Origin: Actinomycetota bacterium
GTDB lineage: Bacteria > Actinomycetota > Actinomycetes > Streptosporangiales > Streptosporangiaceae
Assembly (NCBI GenBank): GCA_019240215.1
Contig: JAFAYQ010000065.1
Coordinates: forward strand, 30,383-94,382
Direction: 5' to 3'
DNA length: 64,000 nt
Positions 39,201 to 48,201 of this stretch are shown piece by piece; the first letter of the stretch is position 1, and each line of letters opens with the position of its first letter. A program made the position numbers and the translations under genes. The notes below the pieces were generated by a model that was not told the DNA's origin, made no database searches, and worked only from the letters and a program-made list of their open reading frames with translations.

Positions 39201-39500
39201 GGCCCTCCTCTCTGTGTCTCGCCGCACTGTTTTGCAGCACGGCGTCGGTCCACGAAGAGCGCCCGGAAAGCAAAAAGCCCCAGGCGCAGGCGCGCTGGGG
39301 CTCGTCTCCCGTCCGGCAGACGGTTGGCTAGCTCAGTCACCTGCGCAGGATGCCCGGCCCGGATCGCTCCGGGGCGGGACCTTCGGCCGGCGGGCCCGGG
39401 GGCCCGTGACAACCTGCGGTCTTCGGCAGTTACAAGGATACGTGGCCCGGCCCGGTCACGCCAAACCAATGGGCGCGACCGGCCGGGGTCGAGCAGGCAA
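39201..39500 (-). promoter_or_regulatory. rplJ 5' leader (candidate L10(L12)4 autoregulatory leader)
   Basis: 300-nt untranslated spacer between rplA and rplJ with no credible ORF. L10 leaders are known in this position in many bacteria. I could not fold or model the structure. Confidence 0.35.
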
Positions 39501-40223
39501 TCAGACCGTGGCGGGTTCTTCGTCCTCGGTCAGGTTGCGGGTCTTGTTCGGGTCGACCGGGATGCCGGGGCCCATGGTGGTGGTGATCGTCGCCTTCTTG
39601 ACGTAGCGGCCCTTGGCGGCGGCCGGCTTGAGCCGGATGATCTCGTCGAGGGCGGCCGCGTAGTTTTCCAGCAGGGCCTTGGCCGGGAACGAAGCCTTGC
39701 CGATCACGAAGTGCAGGTTGCCCTGGCGGTCGGTGCGGAACTCGATCTTGCCGCCCTTGATGTCGCTGACGGCCTTGGCCACGTCGGGGGTGACGGTGCC
39801 GGTCTTGGGGTTCGGCATCAGGCCGCGGGGCCCGAGCACGCGGCCCAGGCGGCCGACCTTGCCCATCAGGTCGGGGGTGGCGACGACGGCGTCGAAGTCG
39901 AGGAAGCCGCCCTGGATGCGCTCGACCAGGTCGTCGGCGCCCACGTAGTCGGCGCCGGCCTGGCGGGCGGCCTCGGCCCGGTCGCCCTGGGCGAAGACCA
40001 GCACGCGGGCGGTCTTGCCGGTGCCGTTGGGCAGGTTGACGGTGCCCCGGACCATCTGGTCGGCCTTGCGGGGGTCGACCCCGAGCCGGAGGGCGACCTC
40101 GACGGTGGGGTCGAACTTGGTGACCTTGCCCGCCTGGGCGAGGGCCACCGCCTCGGCCGGGCTGTAGATCCGGTCGCGGTCGATCTGTTCGGCGGCGCTG
40201 CGGTACGCCTTGCTGCGCTTCAT
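39501..40223 (-). CDS. rplA: 50S ribosomal protein L1
   Basis: [22 protein letters not shown] from ATG 40221-40223. Confidence 0.96.
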   Translation of the reverse strand: MKRSKAYRSAAEQIDRDRIYSPAEAVALAQAGKVTKFDPTVEVALRLGVDPRKADQMVRGTVNLPNGTGKTARVLVFAQGDRAEAARQAGADYVGADDLVERIQGGFLDFDAVVATPDLMGKVGRLGRVLGPRGLMPNPKTGTVTPDVAKAVSDIKGGKIEFRTDRQGNLHFVIGKASFPAKALLENYAAALDEIIRLKPAAAKGRYVKKATITTTMGPGIPVDPNKTRNLTEDEEPATV

Positions 40224-40303
40224 TACTGCTCCTGAGTGCTTAGGAGGTCGTGGTCCCAGGGCCGCGCCCGGCCCTCCCACGCCTGCTTTTACTTAGTTAA
40301 CGC

Positions 40304-40738
40304 TCAGCCTTCGACGGTGATGCCCATCGAGCGGGCGGTGCCGGCGATGATCCGCTCGGCCATCTCGATGCTGCGGGCGTTCAGGTCGGGCATCTTGGTC
40401 TGGGCGATCTCGCGAACCTGGGCGGCGGAGATGCTGCCGACCTTGCTGCGGTTCGGCTCACCACTGCCCTTGGCCACGCCGGCTGCCTTCTTGATCAGCT
40501 CGGGCGCGGGCGGCGTCTTGGTGATGAACTCGAACGACCGGTCTTCGAAGATCGTGATCTCGACCGGGATGATGTTGCCCCGCTGGCCTTCGGTAGCAGC
40601 GTTGTACTGCTTGCAGAAGTCCATGATGTTGACACCGTGCGGGCCGAGCGCGGTACCGACGGGCGGCGCCGGGGTAGCCTGGCCGGCCGGCAGCTGCACC
40701 TTGACGATGGCAGCTACCCTTTTCCTCCTTGGAGGCAT
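40304..40738 (-). CDS. rplK: 50S ribosomal protein L11
   Basis: [43 protein letters not shown]. Confidence 0.97.
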
Positions 40739-40786
40739 CTTTTTCCGTTCCTTTACTCGTTACTGCAACGTCCGCGGCTGCGGGCG

Positions 40787-41644
40787 TCAGATCTTGGCGA
40801 CCTGCTCGAAGGAGAGCTCGACGGGCGTCTCGCGGCCGAAGATCGACACCAGCACCTTGAGCTTCTGGGTGTCGGCGTTGATCTCGTTCACGGTCGCCGG
40901 GAGGGTGGCGAACGGGCCGTCCATCACGGTAACCGACTCGCCGACCTCGTAGTCGACCTTGGGCGCGGCCTTGGCCTCGGCCTGCTTGACCTGCTCCTCC
41001 GGCTCCGGCGCGAGCAGGCTGGCGACCTCGTGGAGGCTGAGCGGCGACGGCCGGCTCGACAGTCCTACAAAGCCGGTGACGCCCGGAGTATTCCGGACCA
41101 CGGCCCACGACTCGTCGGTCAGCTCCAGCCGGACCAGGATGTAGCCGGGCAGTACCTTCTCCGAGACCTGCTGGCGCTTGCCCTGCTTGACCTCGGTCAC
41201 GTTGTGGACCGGGACCTCGATCTGGAAGATGTAGTCCTCCATGTTGAGGGAGCCGATCCGGTTCTCCAGGTTGGTCTTGACCCGGTTCTCGTAGCCCGCG
41301 TAGGAGTGGATCACGTACCAGTCGCCGGGCATCGCCCGCAGCTGGCGCATGAACTCCTCGACCGGGTCGACGTCGGCCTGCTCCTCGGCCGCCTTGGCCT
41401 CGGTGTCCCCGTCCTCGACATCGTCGACGTCGTCGGCCGCCGCGTCTTCCTCGCTGGCGGCGCCGTCCTCGGCCGCGTCGGCGACGGTGACGTCATCGGC
41501 GAGCCCGCCGTCGGCGGCCACGCTGACGTCCTCGGCCGCCTGCTCAGCCTCGCTGGGCTCGCTGGCCTCGGCGCTCAGCTCGGGGGCGTCGGCGCTCGGC
41601 TCGGTCGCCTGCTCGAGGTCTGAGTTCGGGTCGGGCTCGGACAC
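40787..41644 (-). CDS. nusG: transcription termination/antitermination factor NusG (with ~95-aa acidic N-terminal extension)
   Basis: Core sequence [21 protein letters not shown]..., with a KOW domain at the C-terminus. Confidence 0.96.
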   Translation of the reverse strand: MSEPDPNSDLEQATEPSADAPELSAEASEPSEAEQAAEDVSVAADGGLADDVTVADAAEDGAASEEDAAADDVDDVEDGDTEAKAAEEQADVDPVEEFMRQLRAMPGDWYVIHSYAGYENRVKTNLENRIGSLNMEDYIFQIEVPVHNVTEVKQGKRQQVSEKVLPGYILVRLELTDESWAVVRNTPGVTGFVGLSSRPSPLSLHEVASLLAPEPEEQVKQAEAKAAPKVDYEVGESVTVMDGPFATLPATVNEINADTQKLKVLVSIFGRETPVELSFEQVAKI

Positions 41645-41745
41645 AATCGCTCTCTTCCTATGCTTCCTCGCGGATCTTCCGCGCTGGCTGGTCGCTCGCC
41701 GGGTACGGCCCCCGCCGGCGGTGCTCCGCGCTGACGGGCCGGCCG

Positions 41746-41997
41746 TCAGCCGAAGAGCGCGATGACCAGCTTGGTAAAGCCGTAGTCCAGGCTGGTGACG
41801 ATGGCCACCATCACCACGATGAACGCCAGCGCGACCGTCGTGTAGGTGGTCAACTCGCGCCGAGTCGGCCAGATCACCTTGCGCAGCTCGGCGACGCTCT
41901 GGCGGAAGAACAACGCGGGCGAGGTGCGGCCGCGTCCGGCGGGGGGCTTGCCACCGCCCCGTTTCTCCGCGGCCTCACCGCGCGTCTGAGTCGCCAT
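41746..41997 (-). CDS. secE: preprotein translocase subunit SecE
   Basis: [15 protein letters not shown]...[31 protein letters not shown] from ATG 41995-41997. Confidence 0.92.
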   Translation of the reverse strand: MATQTRGEAAEKRGGGKPPAGRGRTSPALFFRQSVAELRKVIWPTRRELTTYTTVALAFIVVMVAIVTSLDYGFTKLVIALFG

Positions 41998-42036
41998 GTC
42001 CTCACCTAAAAGCGCTGAACGGATCAAGGGATCGTG

Positions 42037-42109
42037 CAGGGCAGGAGGGACTCGAACCCCCAACCGCCGGTTTTGGAGACCGGGACTCTACCAATTGAGC
42101 TACTGCCCT
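42037..42109 (-). tRNA. tRNA-Trp (anticodon CCA)
   Basis: Minus strand reads AGGGCAGTAGCTCAATTGGTAGAGTCCCGGTCTCCAAAACCGGCGGTTGGGGGTTCGAGTCCCTCCTGCCCTG. It has a cloverleaf with a 7-bp acceptor stem, a CT-CCA-AA anticodon loop and a GGTTCGAGTCC T-arm, in the classic position upstream of secE. Confidence 0.93.
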
Positions 42110-42244
42110 ACGAGGGTGAACCGGCCGATGATGGGCATGGCTCAGCACCGGCGGAATACCAACAGACACCGAAGTGTAGCCGGGATGCCAGAGCGAGTCG
42201 AACTGTCGGAGAAATAGGTGGCAGCCAGGTGACACACTGGGTTC

Positions 42245-43456
42245 ATGCCCACTCCTTCTTCTCGAGTTTCAGCACGGCTGTCCGCGATCGCCGAATCCGC
42301 CACGCTGGCGGTGGACGCCAAGGCCAAGGCGCTCAAGGCGGCCGGCCGGCCGGTGATCGGCTTTGGGGCCGGCGAGCCCGACTTCCCCACCCCGGACTAC
42401 ATCGTGGCGGCGGCCCAGGAGGCCTGCGCGGTGCCGCGGTTCCACAAGTACACGCCCGCGGCCGGGCTGCCCGAGCTGCGCCAGGCGGTGGCGGACAAGA
42501 CCGCCCGTGACTCGGGGCTGCAGGTCGCGGCCAACCAGGTGCTGATCACCAACGGCGGCAAGCAGGCGGTCTTCCAGACGTTCGCGGCGCTGCTCGACCC
42601 GGGCGACGAGGTGCTGGTGCCGGCCCCCTACTGGACCACCTACCCGGAGGCGATCGCGCTGTCGGGCGGGGTCACGGTGCCGGTCCTGACCGACGAGAGC
42701 ACCGGCTACCTGGCCTCGGTCGACGACCTGGAGGCGGCCAGGACCGAGCGGACCAAGGTGCTGCTGTTCGTGTCGCCGTCCAACCCGACCGGCGCGGTCT
42801 ACCCGCCCGGGCAGGTGGCCGAGATCGGCCGCTGGGCCGCCGAGCACGGCCTGTGGGTGGTCACCGACGAGATCTACGAGCACCTGGTGTTCGGGGACGC
42901 GCGGTTTTCCTCGATGCCGGTGGTGGCGCCCGAGCTGGCCGACCAGTACGTGGTGCTCAACGGGGTGGCCAAGACCTACGCGATGACCGGCTGGCGGGTC
43001 GGCTGGATGATCGGCCCGGCCGACGTGATCAAGGCCGCCACCAACTTCGAGTCGCACGTGACCTCCAACGTCGGCAACGTGGCGCAGGCGGCGGCGCTGG
43101 CGGCGGTGTCCGGTGACCTGACCGCGGTGGCGGAGATGCGGGCGGCGTTCGACCGGCGGCGGCAGACGATGGCCCGGCTGCTGAACGAGATCCCCGGCGT
43201 GGTCTGCCCGGAGCCGCAGGGCGCGTTCTACTGCTACCCGTCGGTCAAGGGCCTGCTGGGCAAGGAGATCAACGGGCAGCGGCCGCAGTCGTCGGCCGAG
43301 CTGGCCGGGCTGGTGCTGGACGAGGCCGAGGTCGCGGTGGTCCCCGGTGAGGCGTTCGGGACCCCCGGCTACTTCCGGCTGTCGTGCGCGCTGGGCGACG
43401 CTGACCTGGAAGAAGGCGTGATGCGCATCGCCAAGCTGCTGGGCCAGGCACACTAG
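42245..43456 (+). CDS. pyridoxal-phosphate-dependent aminotransferase (aspartate aminotransferase class I)
   Basis: 403-aa ORF with [18 protein letters not shown] and a PLP-lysine context ([15 protein letters not shown]). Confidence 0.9.
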   Translation: MPTPSSRVSARLSAIAESATLAVDAKAKALKAAGRPVIGFGAGEPDFPTPDYIVAAAQEACAVPRFHKYTPAAGLPELRQAVADKTARDSGLQVAANQVLITNGGKQAVFQTFAALLDPGDEVLVPAPYWTTYPEAIALSGGVTVPVLTDESTGYLASVDDLEAARTERTKVLLFVSPSNPTGAVYPPGQVAEIGRWAAEHGLWVVTDEIYEHLVFGDARFSSMPVVAPELADQYVVLNGVAKTYAMTGWRVGWMIGPADVIKAATNFESHVTSNVGNVAQAAALAAVSGDLTAVAEMRAAFDRRRQTMARLLNEIPGVVCPEPQGAFYCYPSVKGLLGKEINGQRPQSSAELAGLVLDEAEVAVVPGEAFGTPGYFRLSCALGDADLEEGVMRIAKLLGQAH

Positions 43457-43460
43457 GCGG

Positions 43461-44477
43461 ATGGCCCGTCCGCTCGACCAGCTCCCCAAGGCGCACCTGC
43501 ACCTGCACCTGACCGGGGCGATGCGGCACTCGACCCTGGTCGACCTGGCCCGCCAGCACCGGGTGCACCTGCCCGCGGCCCTGGTCGAGGAGTGGCCGCC
43601 GACGCTGAGCGGGGCGGACGAGCGCGGCTGGTTCCGGTTCCAGCGGCTGTACGACACCGCCCGGTCGGTGCTGCGGACCCCGGACGACATGCGGCGGCTG
43701 CTGATGGAAATCGCCGAGGACGAGCGGGCCGAGGGCTCGGGCTGGCTGGAGATCCAGATCGACCCGTCCGGCTACGCGGCCCGCTTCGGCGGGCTGACCC
43801 CGACCGTCGAGCTGGCGCTGGACGCGGCGGCCGGGGCGAGCGCGGCGACCGGCGTCGGGGTGGCGGTGGTGATCGCGGCCAACCGGACCCGCCACCCGCT
43901 CGACGCCCGCACGCTGGCCCGGCTGGCGGTGCACTACGCGGACCGCGGGGTGGTCGGGTTCGGGCTGTCCAACGACGAGCGGCGGGGCCGGGCCGGGGAC
44001 TTCGCGCCCGCGTTCCGGATCGCCGAACGGGGCGGCCTGCTGGCGGTGCCGCACGGCGGCGAGCTGGTCGGCCCGCCCAGCGTGCAGGCCTGCCTGGACG
44101 AGCTGCACGCGAACCGGATCGGCCACGGGGTGCTCGCGGCGCCGGACGAGATGCTGGTCAAGCGGCTGGCCAGCCAGGCGGTGACGCTGGAGGTGTGCCC
44201 GTCGTCGAACGTGGCGCTGGGCATCGCCGAGCGGACCCGGGACGTGCCGCTGCGGCAGCTGTTCGAGGCCGGGGTGCCGGTCGCGCTGGGGGCCGACGAC
44301 CCGCTGCTGTTCGGCTCCCGGCTGGTGGCCCAGTACATCATCGCCCGCCGCCAGCACGGCTTCAGCGACCCCGAGCTGGCCGACCTGGCCCGGATGTCGG
44401 TGCTGGGCTCGGCCGCCCCCGGCGACGTCCGCGACCGGCTGCTGGCCGGGATCGACGCCTGGCTGGCGCAGGACTGA
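43461..44477 (+). CDS. add: adenosine deaminase family protein
   Basis: 338-aa ORF. Metal ligands HLHLH at the N-terminus, then HGGE, a C-terminal GADDP motif and SSN. Confidence 0.85.
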   Translation: MARPLDQLPKAHLHLHLTGAMRHSTLVDLARQHRVHLPAALVEEWPPTLSGADERGWFRFQRLYDTARSVLRTPDDMRRLLMEIAEDERAEGSGWLEIQIDPSGYAARFGGLTPTVELALDAAAGASAATGVGVAVVIAANRTRHPLDARTLARLAVHYADRGVVGFGLSNDERRGRAGDFAPAFRIAERGGLLAVPHGGELVGPPSVQACLDELHANRIGHGVLAAPDEMLVKRLASQAVTLEVCPSSNVALGIAERTRDVPLRQLFEAGVPVALGADDPLLFGSRLVAQYIIARRQHGFSDPELADLARMSVLGSAAPGDVRDRLLAGIDAWLAQD

Positions 44478-44570
44478 GCGGTTCCGCGGGGTCGGCCTCC
44501 CGTTCGTGGTGGCCAATTACGTTCCGGTACCCTGTCGAAATGTAATAGGGGGATGAACGGGAGGATCAGG

Positions 44571-45782
44571 ATGACCGAGCCGACGTCTCCGCAGGTGCAG
44601 CTGGTCGTGGAGCTGACCACCCGGCCGGGGGCCCAGCCGGAGATGCGGGCGGCCGTCGAGCGGCTGGTCGACACCACCCACCAGCACGATCGCGGGGTGG
44701 TGCGCTTCGAGGTGGGCCTCGATCCGGACGATGACACCCGGGTGCTGGGCTACGAGATCTGGGCCTCCCAGGACGCGCTGGACGAGCACTCAGCCCAGGC
44801 GCACACCCGGGAGTTCCTGGCCCGGGCGCGCGAACTGGTCGTCGACCCGGCCACGCCGCTGCGGGTGAGCCGCTGGCAGCCGATCCACGCCGAGCAGCCG
44901 GCTGCGTACGGGGCCGGCCGGCGGGAGCAGGCCCGGCCGGCGGCTCCGCCGCCTGGTTTCACCAGCCAGCGGCGGTCCGTGGGCGACACCGAGCTGCACT
45001 ACGTGATCGGCGGCGCGGGGACGCCGGTGGTGCTGGTGCACGGGTTCCCGGGCACCTGGTACGCCTGGCGGGAGGTCATGCCGCGACTGGCCGAGCGCCA
45101 CACCGTGGTGGCCGTGGACCTGCGCGGGCTCGGGGATTCCGAGCCGGGGACGCAGCCGGCCGACACCGTCACCGACGCCGGTGACCTGCACGGGCTGGTC
45201 GCCGGGCTCGGGCTCGGGCCGGTGCGGCTGGCGGGCCAGGACTGGGGCGGGTCGGCCGCGTTCGCGTTCGCGGCCGCCCATCCGGACCAGGTGCGCCGGC
45301 TGGCCGTGCTGGAGGCGATGCCGGCCGGCCCGTGGACCGATCCAGGGTCCGGCGGTCCCTGGTTCGTGGGCTTCCACCAGCTGCCGGACCTGCCGGAGCG
45401 GATGGTGGCCGGGCGCGAGCGCGCCTACCTCGACTGGTTCTACCGCGCCTACTCCGCGACCCCCGGGGTGCCCGACCCGGCCGCGGTCGACGAGTACGTC
45501 CGCTGCTACTCCCGGCCGGGCGCGATGGCCTCCGCCTTCGCGCGCTACCGGGGCGTCGGCCGCCAGATCGAGCACAACACCAGGCAGCTGTCCCAGCCTC
45601 TCGGGAGGCCGGTCCTGGCGGTCGGCGGCGAGCGGGTCTTCGGCGCCGCGGTGGCCCAGAACCTGCGCCACGGGGCGTCCGAGGTACGCCAGGAGGTTCT
45701 GGCCGGTTGCGGGCACTACGTCAGCGAAGAGCGGCCCGCCGAACTGGCCGGCCTGCTGCTCAGCTTCTTCAACGAGAGCTGA
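44571..45782 (+). CDS. fusion protein: N-terminal ABM (antibiotic-biosynthesis-monooxygenase-like) domain + C-terminal alpha/beta hydrolase (epoxide hydrolase/dehalogenase-like)
   Basis: ATG 44571 is preceded by GGGAGGA at 5 nt. The first ~100 aa resemble a ferredoxin-fold ABM domain (VRFEVGLDPDD..GYEIWASQDALDEHSAQAHT). The remainder has HGFPGTWYAW, GQDWGG (Asp nucleophile) and a C-terminal GCGHY. Confidence 0.75.
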   Translation: MTEPTSPQVQLVVELTTRPGAQPEMRAAVERLVDTTHQHDRGVVRFEVGLDPDDDTRVLGYEIWASQDALDEHSAQAHTREFLARARELVVDPATPLRVSRWQPIHAEQPAAYGAGRREQARPAAPPPGFTSQRRSVGDTELHYVIGGAGTPVVLVHGFPGTWYAWREVMPRLAERHTVVAVDLRGLGDSEPGTQPADTVTDAGDLHGLVAGLGLGPVRLAGQDWGGSAAFAFAAAHPDQVRRLAVLEAMPAGPWTDPGSGGPWFVGFHQLPDLPERMVAGRERAYLDWFYRAYSATPGVPDPAAVDEYVRCYSRPGAMASAFARYRGVGRQIEHNTRQLSQPLGRPVLAVGGERVFGAAVAQNLRHGASEVRQEVLAGCGHYVSEERPAELAGLLLSFFNES

Positions 45783-46836
45783 ACGCGCCCACCTGGACCG
45801 GCTCGATGTCGAGGGTGACGCCGAAGGCCTGGCGCACGCCGTCCTGGATCTGGCGGGCCAGCGCCAGCAGCCCCGCGGTGGTGGCGCCGCCCGGGTTGAC
45901 CAGGGCCAGCGTGTGCTTGGTGGAGATCCGGGCGGCGCCCGGCGCCGGCCCGGTGTGGCCCTTGGTGAAGCCGGCGTGCTCGATCAGCCAGGCGGCCGGC
46001 ACCTTCACGTGACCGTCGCCGGCCGGGTAGTGCGGCACCGGCCCGTCGTGGCGATCGGCCAGGGCCGCGAACTCCCCGTCGGTCAGCACCGGGTTGGTGA
46101 AGAACGAGCCGGCGCTGCGGGTGTCCGGGTCGCCCGCGTCCAGCACCATGCCCTTGCGCGCGCGCACCTTGAGCACGGCCGAGCGGGCCTCGCCCAGCGG
46201 CACCCGGTCGCCGGGGGCGGCCCCCAGCTCCTGGGCCAGGTCCGGGTAGCGGATCGGGGCGGACTGCGGCCCCCGGGTCAGCGCGAACGTCACCGCCAGG
46301 ACCAGGTGCCGCCCGTCGCGCTTGAACCGGCTGGTCCGGTAGCCGAAGCCGCAGCCGGCGGCCGGGATGGCGGCCACCGCCCGCCGGTCGCGGTCCCAGG
46401 CCCGGACCGAGACGATCGTGTCCGCCACTTCCTGGCCGTAGGCGCCCACGTTCTGGATCGGGGTGGCCCCGGCCAGGCCGGGGATGCCGGACAGGCACTC
46501 CAGCCCGGCCAGGTCCTCGGCCACGCACCGGGCGACCACGTCGTCCCAGTTCTCGCCGGCCGCCACCGTCAGCCGGACGGTGCCGTCGTCCGGGCCCGGC
46601 CCGGCCCGGAAACCACGGGGGGCGACCCGGACCACGGTGCCGTCGAAGCCCTGGTCGGAGATGACCAGGTTGCTGCCGCCGCCCAGGATCAGCAGCGGGT
46701 CGCCGGCGGCGTCGGCGGTCTGGACCGCGTCGATCAGGCTGGCTTCGGAATCGGGTTCGAGCAGGGTGGCGGCGGGGCCGCCGAGGCCCAGGGTGGTGTA
46801 GGCGGCCAGCGGGACCTGGTGTGCGGGCCTGGTCAG
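45769..46836 (-). CDS. murB: UDP-N-acetylenolpyruvoylglucosamine reductase
   Basis: ...VPLAAYTTLGLGGPA...LILGGGSNLVISD...GSFFTNP. The start is uncertain. The only candidate near the conserved N-terminus is CTG at 46834-46836, which overlaps the upstream TGA. The R/G/P-rich 69 codons further upstream fall inside the hadB-like gene. Confidence 0.88.
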   Translation of the reverse strand: MTRPAHQVPLAAYTTLGLGGPAATLLEPDSEASLIDAVQTADAAGDPLLILGGGSNLVISDQGFDGTVVRVAPRGFRAGPGPDDGTVRLTVAAGENWDDVVARCVAEDLAGLECLSGIPGLAGATPIQNVGAYGQEVADTIVSVRAWDRDRRAVAAIPAAGCGFGYRTSRFKRDGRHLVLAVTFALTRGPQSAPIRYPDLAQELGAAPGDRVPLGEARSAVLKVRARKGMVLDAGDPDTRSAGSFFTNPVLTDGEFAALADRHDGPVPHYPAGDGHVKVPAAWLIEHAGFTKGHTGPAPGAARISTKHTLALVNPGGATTAGLLALARQIQDGVRQAFGVTLDIEPVQVGAFSSR

Positions 46837-47315
46837 GGCAGGACCACCACGGCGCGGGCCCGGGTCAGCACCTTGGTGTCGTTGGACCGGGCGACCAGCG
46901 CCAGCACGACCTTGTTGCCGTCCAGCTTCTCCTCGACGGTGCCGCCGATCACGATGGTGGCGCCCTGGTCGTCGTCGGGGACGACCACCGGGGAGGAGAA
47001 CCGGACCCCGAACTCGACGACCGCGCCCGGGTCGCCGGCCCACTCGCTGGCGAACCGGCCCGCCTCGGCCATCGTGAACATGCCGTGCGCGATCACGTCG
47101 GGCAGGCCGACCGACCGGGCGATCCGCTCGTTGGTGTGGATGGGGTTGAAGTCACCCGAGGCGCCCGCGTACTTGACCAGGTCCAGCCGGGTGACCTGGT
47201 AGCGCTTGGGCTCCAGCTCGGTGCCGGTCTCAACGTCCGCGTACTTGACCACCGTTCCGCCTCTCGCCGTGGACCCCCGGGTGCTGTCGGCATCCCCCGA
47301 TGCCGCTGCGTTCAC
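46833..47315 (-). CDS. MaoC-family (3R)-hydroxyacyl-ACP dehydratase subunit, HadB-like
   Basis: YAGASGDFNPIHTNERIARSVGLPDVIAHGM hydratase motif. The GTG start overlaps the upstream stop (GTGA). Confidence 0.88.
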   Translation of the reverse strand: MNAAASGDADSTRGSTARGGTVVKYADVETGTELEPKRYQVTRLDLVKYAGASGDFNPIHTNERIARSVGLPDVIAHGMFTMAEAGRFASEWAGDPGAVVEFGVRFSSPVVVPDDDQGATIVIGGTVEEKLDGNKVVLALVARSNDTKVLTRARAVVVLP

Positions 47316-47755
47316 GCTCCCCGCTCGACCAGCGTGGACAGGGCGGTGCAGACGTGCTCACCGCCGGTCGTGGTGATCTCGGTGCGGGTGGTCAGCATGG
47401 TCATCGTGCGGCGGGGCGTGATGTCGGTGATCGTGGTCTGCGCGACCACCACGTCGCCCGCGTGCAGCGGCCGGGCATGCTCGAACCGCTGCTCGCCGTG
47501 CACGACCATCGAGTAGTCGAGGCCGAGCTCGTCGTCGGCGATCGCGTGCCCACTGCTGGCCATCGTGATCACGATGGCGAACGTGGGCGGCGCGATGACG
47601 TCCGGGTAGCCGGCCGCCTGAGCGGCCGCGCGGTCCCGGCAGAGCGGACTGAGATCACCGATGGCTTGCGCGAACTCGGCGATCTTGACCCGGCTGACCT
47701 CGTACGGCTCCGACGGCGGGAACGTGCGCCCCGCGAAGTCCGGGTTGACCGGCAT
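47312..47755 (-). CDS. MaoC-like dehydratase subunit, HadA-like (non-catalytic N-terminal hot-dog type)
   Basis: MPVNPDFAGRTFPPSEPYEVSRVKIAEFAQAIGD from ATG 47753-47755. Lies in the conserved rpmG-hadA-hadB arrangement known from actinobacteria. Confidence 0.85.
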   Translation of the reverse strand: MPVNPDFAGRTFPPSEPYEVSRVKIAEFAQAIGDLSPLCRDRAAAQAAGYPDVIAPPTFAIVITMASSGHAIADDELGLDYSMVVHGEQRFEHARPLHAGDVVVAQTTITDITPRRTMTMLTTRTEITTTGGEHVCTALSTLVERGA

Positions 47756-47762
47756 CTGCGGA

Positions 47763-47927
47763 CTAGCGGGTCTCGCGGTGCGGCTGGTGGCAGCGGCAGT
47801 TCGGGCAGTACTTCTTGAGCTCGAGCCGGTCGGGGTCGTTCCGCCGGTTCTTCTTGGTGATGTAGTTGCGGTGCTTGCACTCCTGGCAAGCCAGCGTGAT
47901 CTTGGGCCGGACGTCGGTGGCAGCCAC
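47763..47927 (-). CDS. rpmG: 50S ribosomal protein L33 (zinc-binding form)
   Basis: GTG start at 47925-47927 gives (M)[53 protein letters not shown]. Confidence 0.93.
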   Translation of the reverse strand: MAATDVRPKITLACQECKHRNYITKKNRRNDPDRLELKKYCPNCRCHQPHRETR

Positions 47928-48069
47928 GCGAAGTGCCTCTCTCGTTGTTGCGTCAAGACAGCAGAACAGCGCACTAGACGCCGTTCTTGTTCCCGGGTCC
48001 CCCGCGGCCGAAGGCCGCATCGGGGGTCCGGGGGGTCGTCCCCCCGGGTAAATACTGAAACACGCCGAA

Positions 48070-48086
48070 GATGATCAAAGATCATC
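48070..48086. promoter_or_regulatory. perfect inverted repeat GATGATC-aaa-GATCATC between tRNA-Met and rpmG
   Basis: Read directly from the sequence. It lies 16 nt downstream of the tRNA 3' end in a locally AT-rich stretch. It could be a weak tRNA terminator hairpin or an operator upstream of rpmG. Confidence 0.3.
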
Positions 48087-48101
48087 AAGCAGCGTGATCC
48101 G

Positions 48102-48175
48102 TAGCGGAGGCCGGACTTGAACCGGCGACACAACGATTATGAGCCGTTTGCTCTGCCTGACTGAGCTACTCCGCC
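48102..48175 (-). tRNA. tRNA with CAT anticodon (elongator tRNA-Met most likely; tRNA-Ile2 not excluded)
   Basis: Minus strand reads GGCGGAGTAGCTCAGTCAGGCAGAGCAAACGGCTCATAATCGTTGTGTCGCCGGTTCAAGTCCGGCCTCCGCTA, with cloverleaf arms and a CT-CAT-AA anticodon loop. There is no C1:A72 mismatch, so it is not an initiator tRNA. Confidence 0.88.
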
Positions 48176-48201
48176 GCGCAGCCTGAAATAAAGGCCGCGT
48201 G

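Noticed and set aside
48102-48201. tRNA-Met 3' flank as a possible integration site for an island (the accessory-looking genes start right after it)
   Set aside because: There is no integrase, no direct repeat of the tRNA 3' end that I could find, and the adjacent genes have native-looking high G+C. Only the distant 62.5-64 kb region is compositionally atypical.
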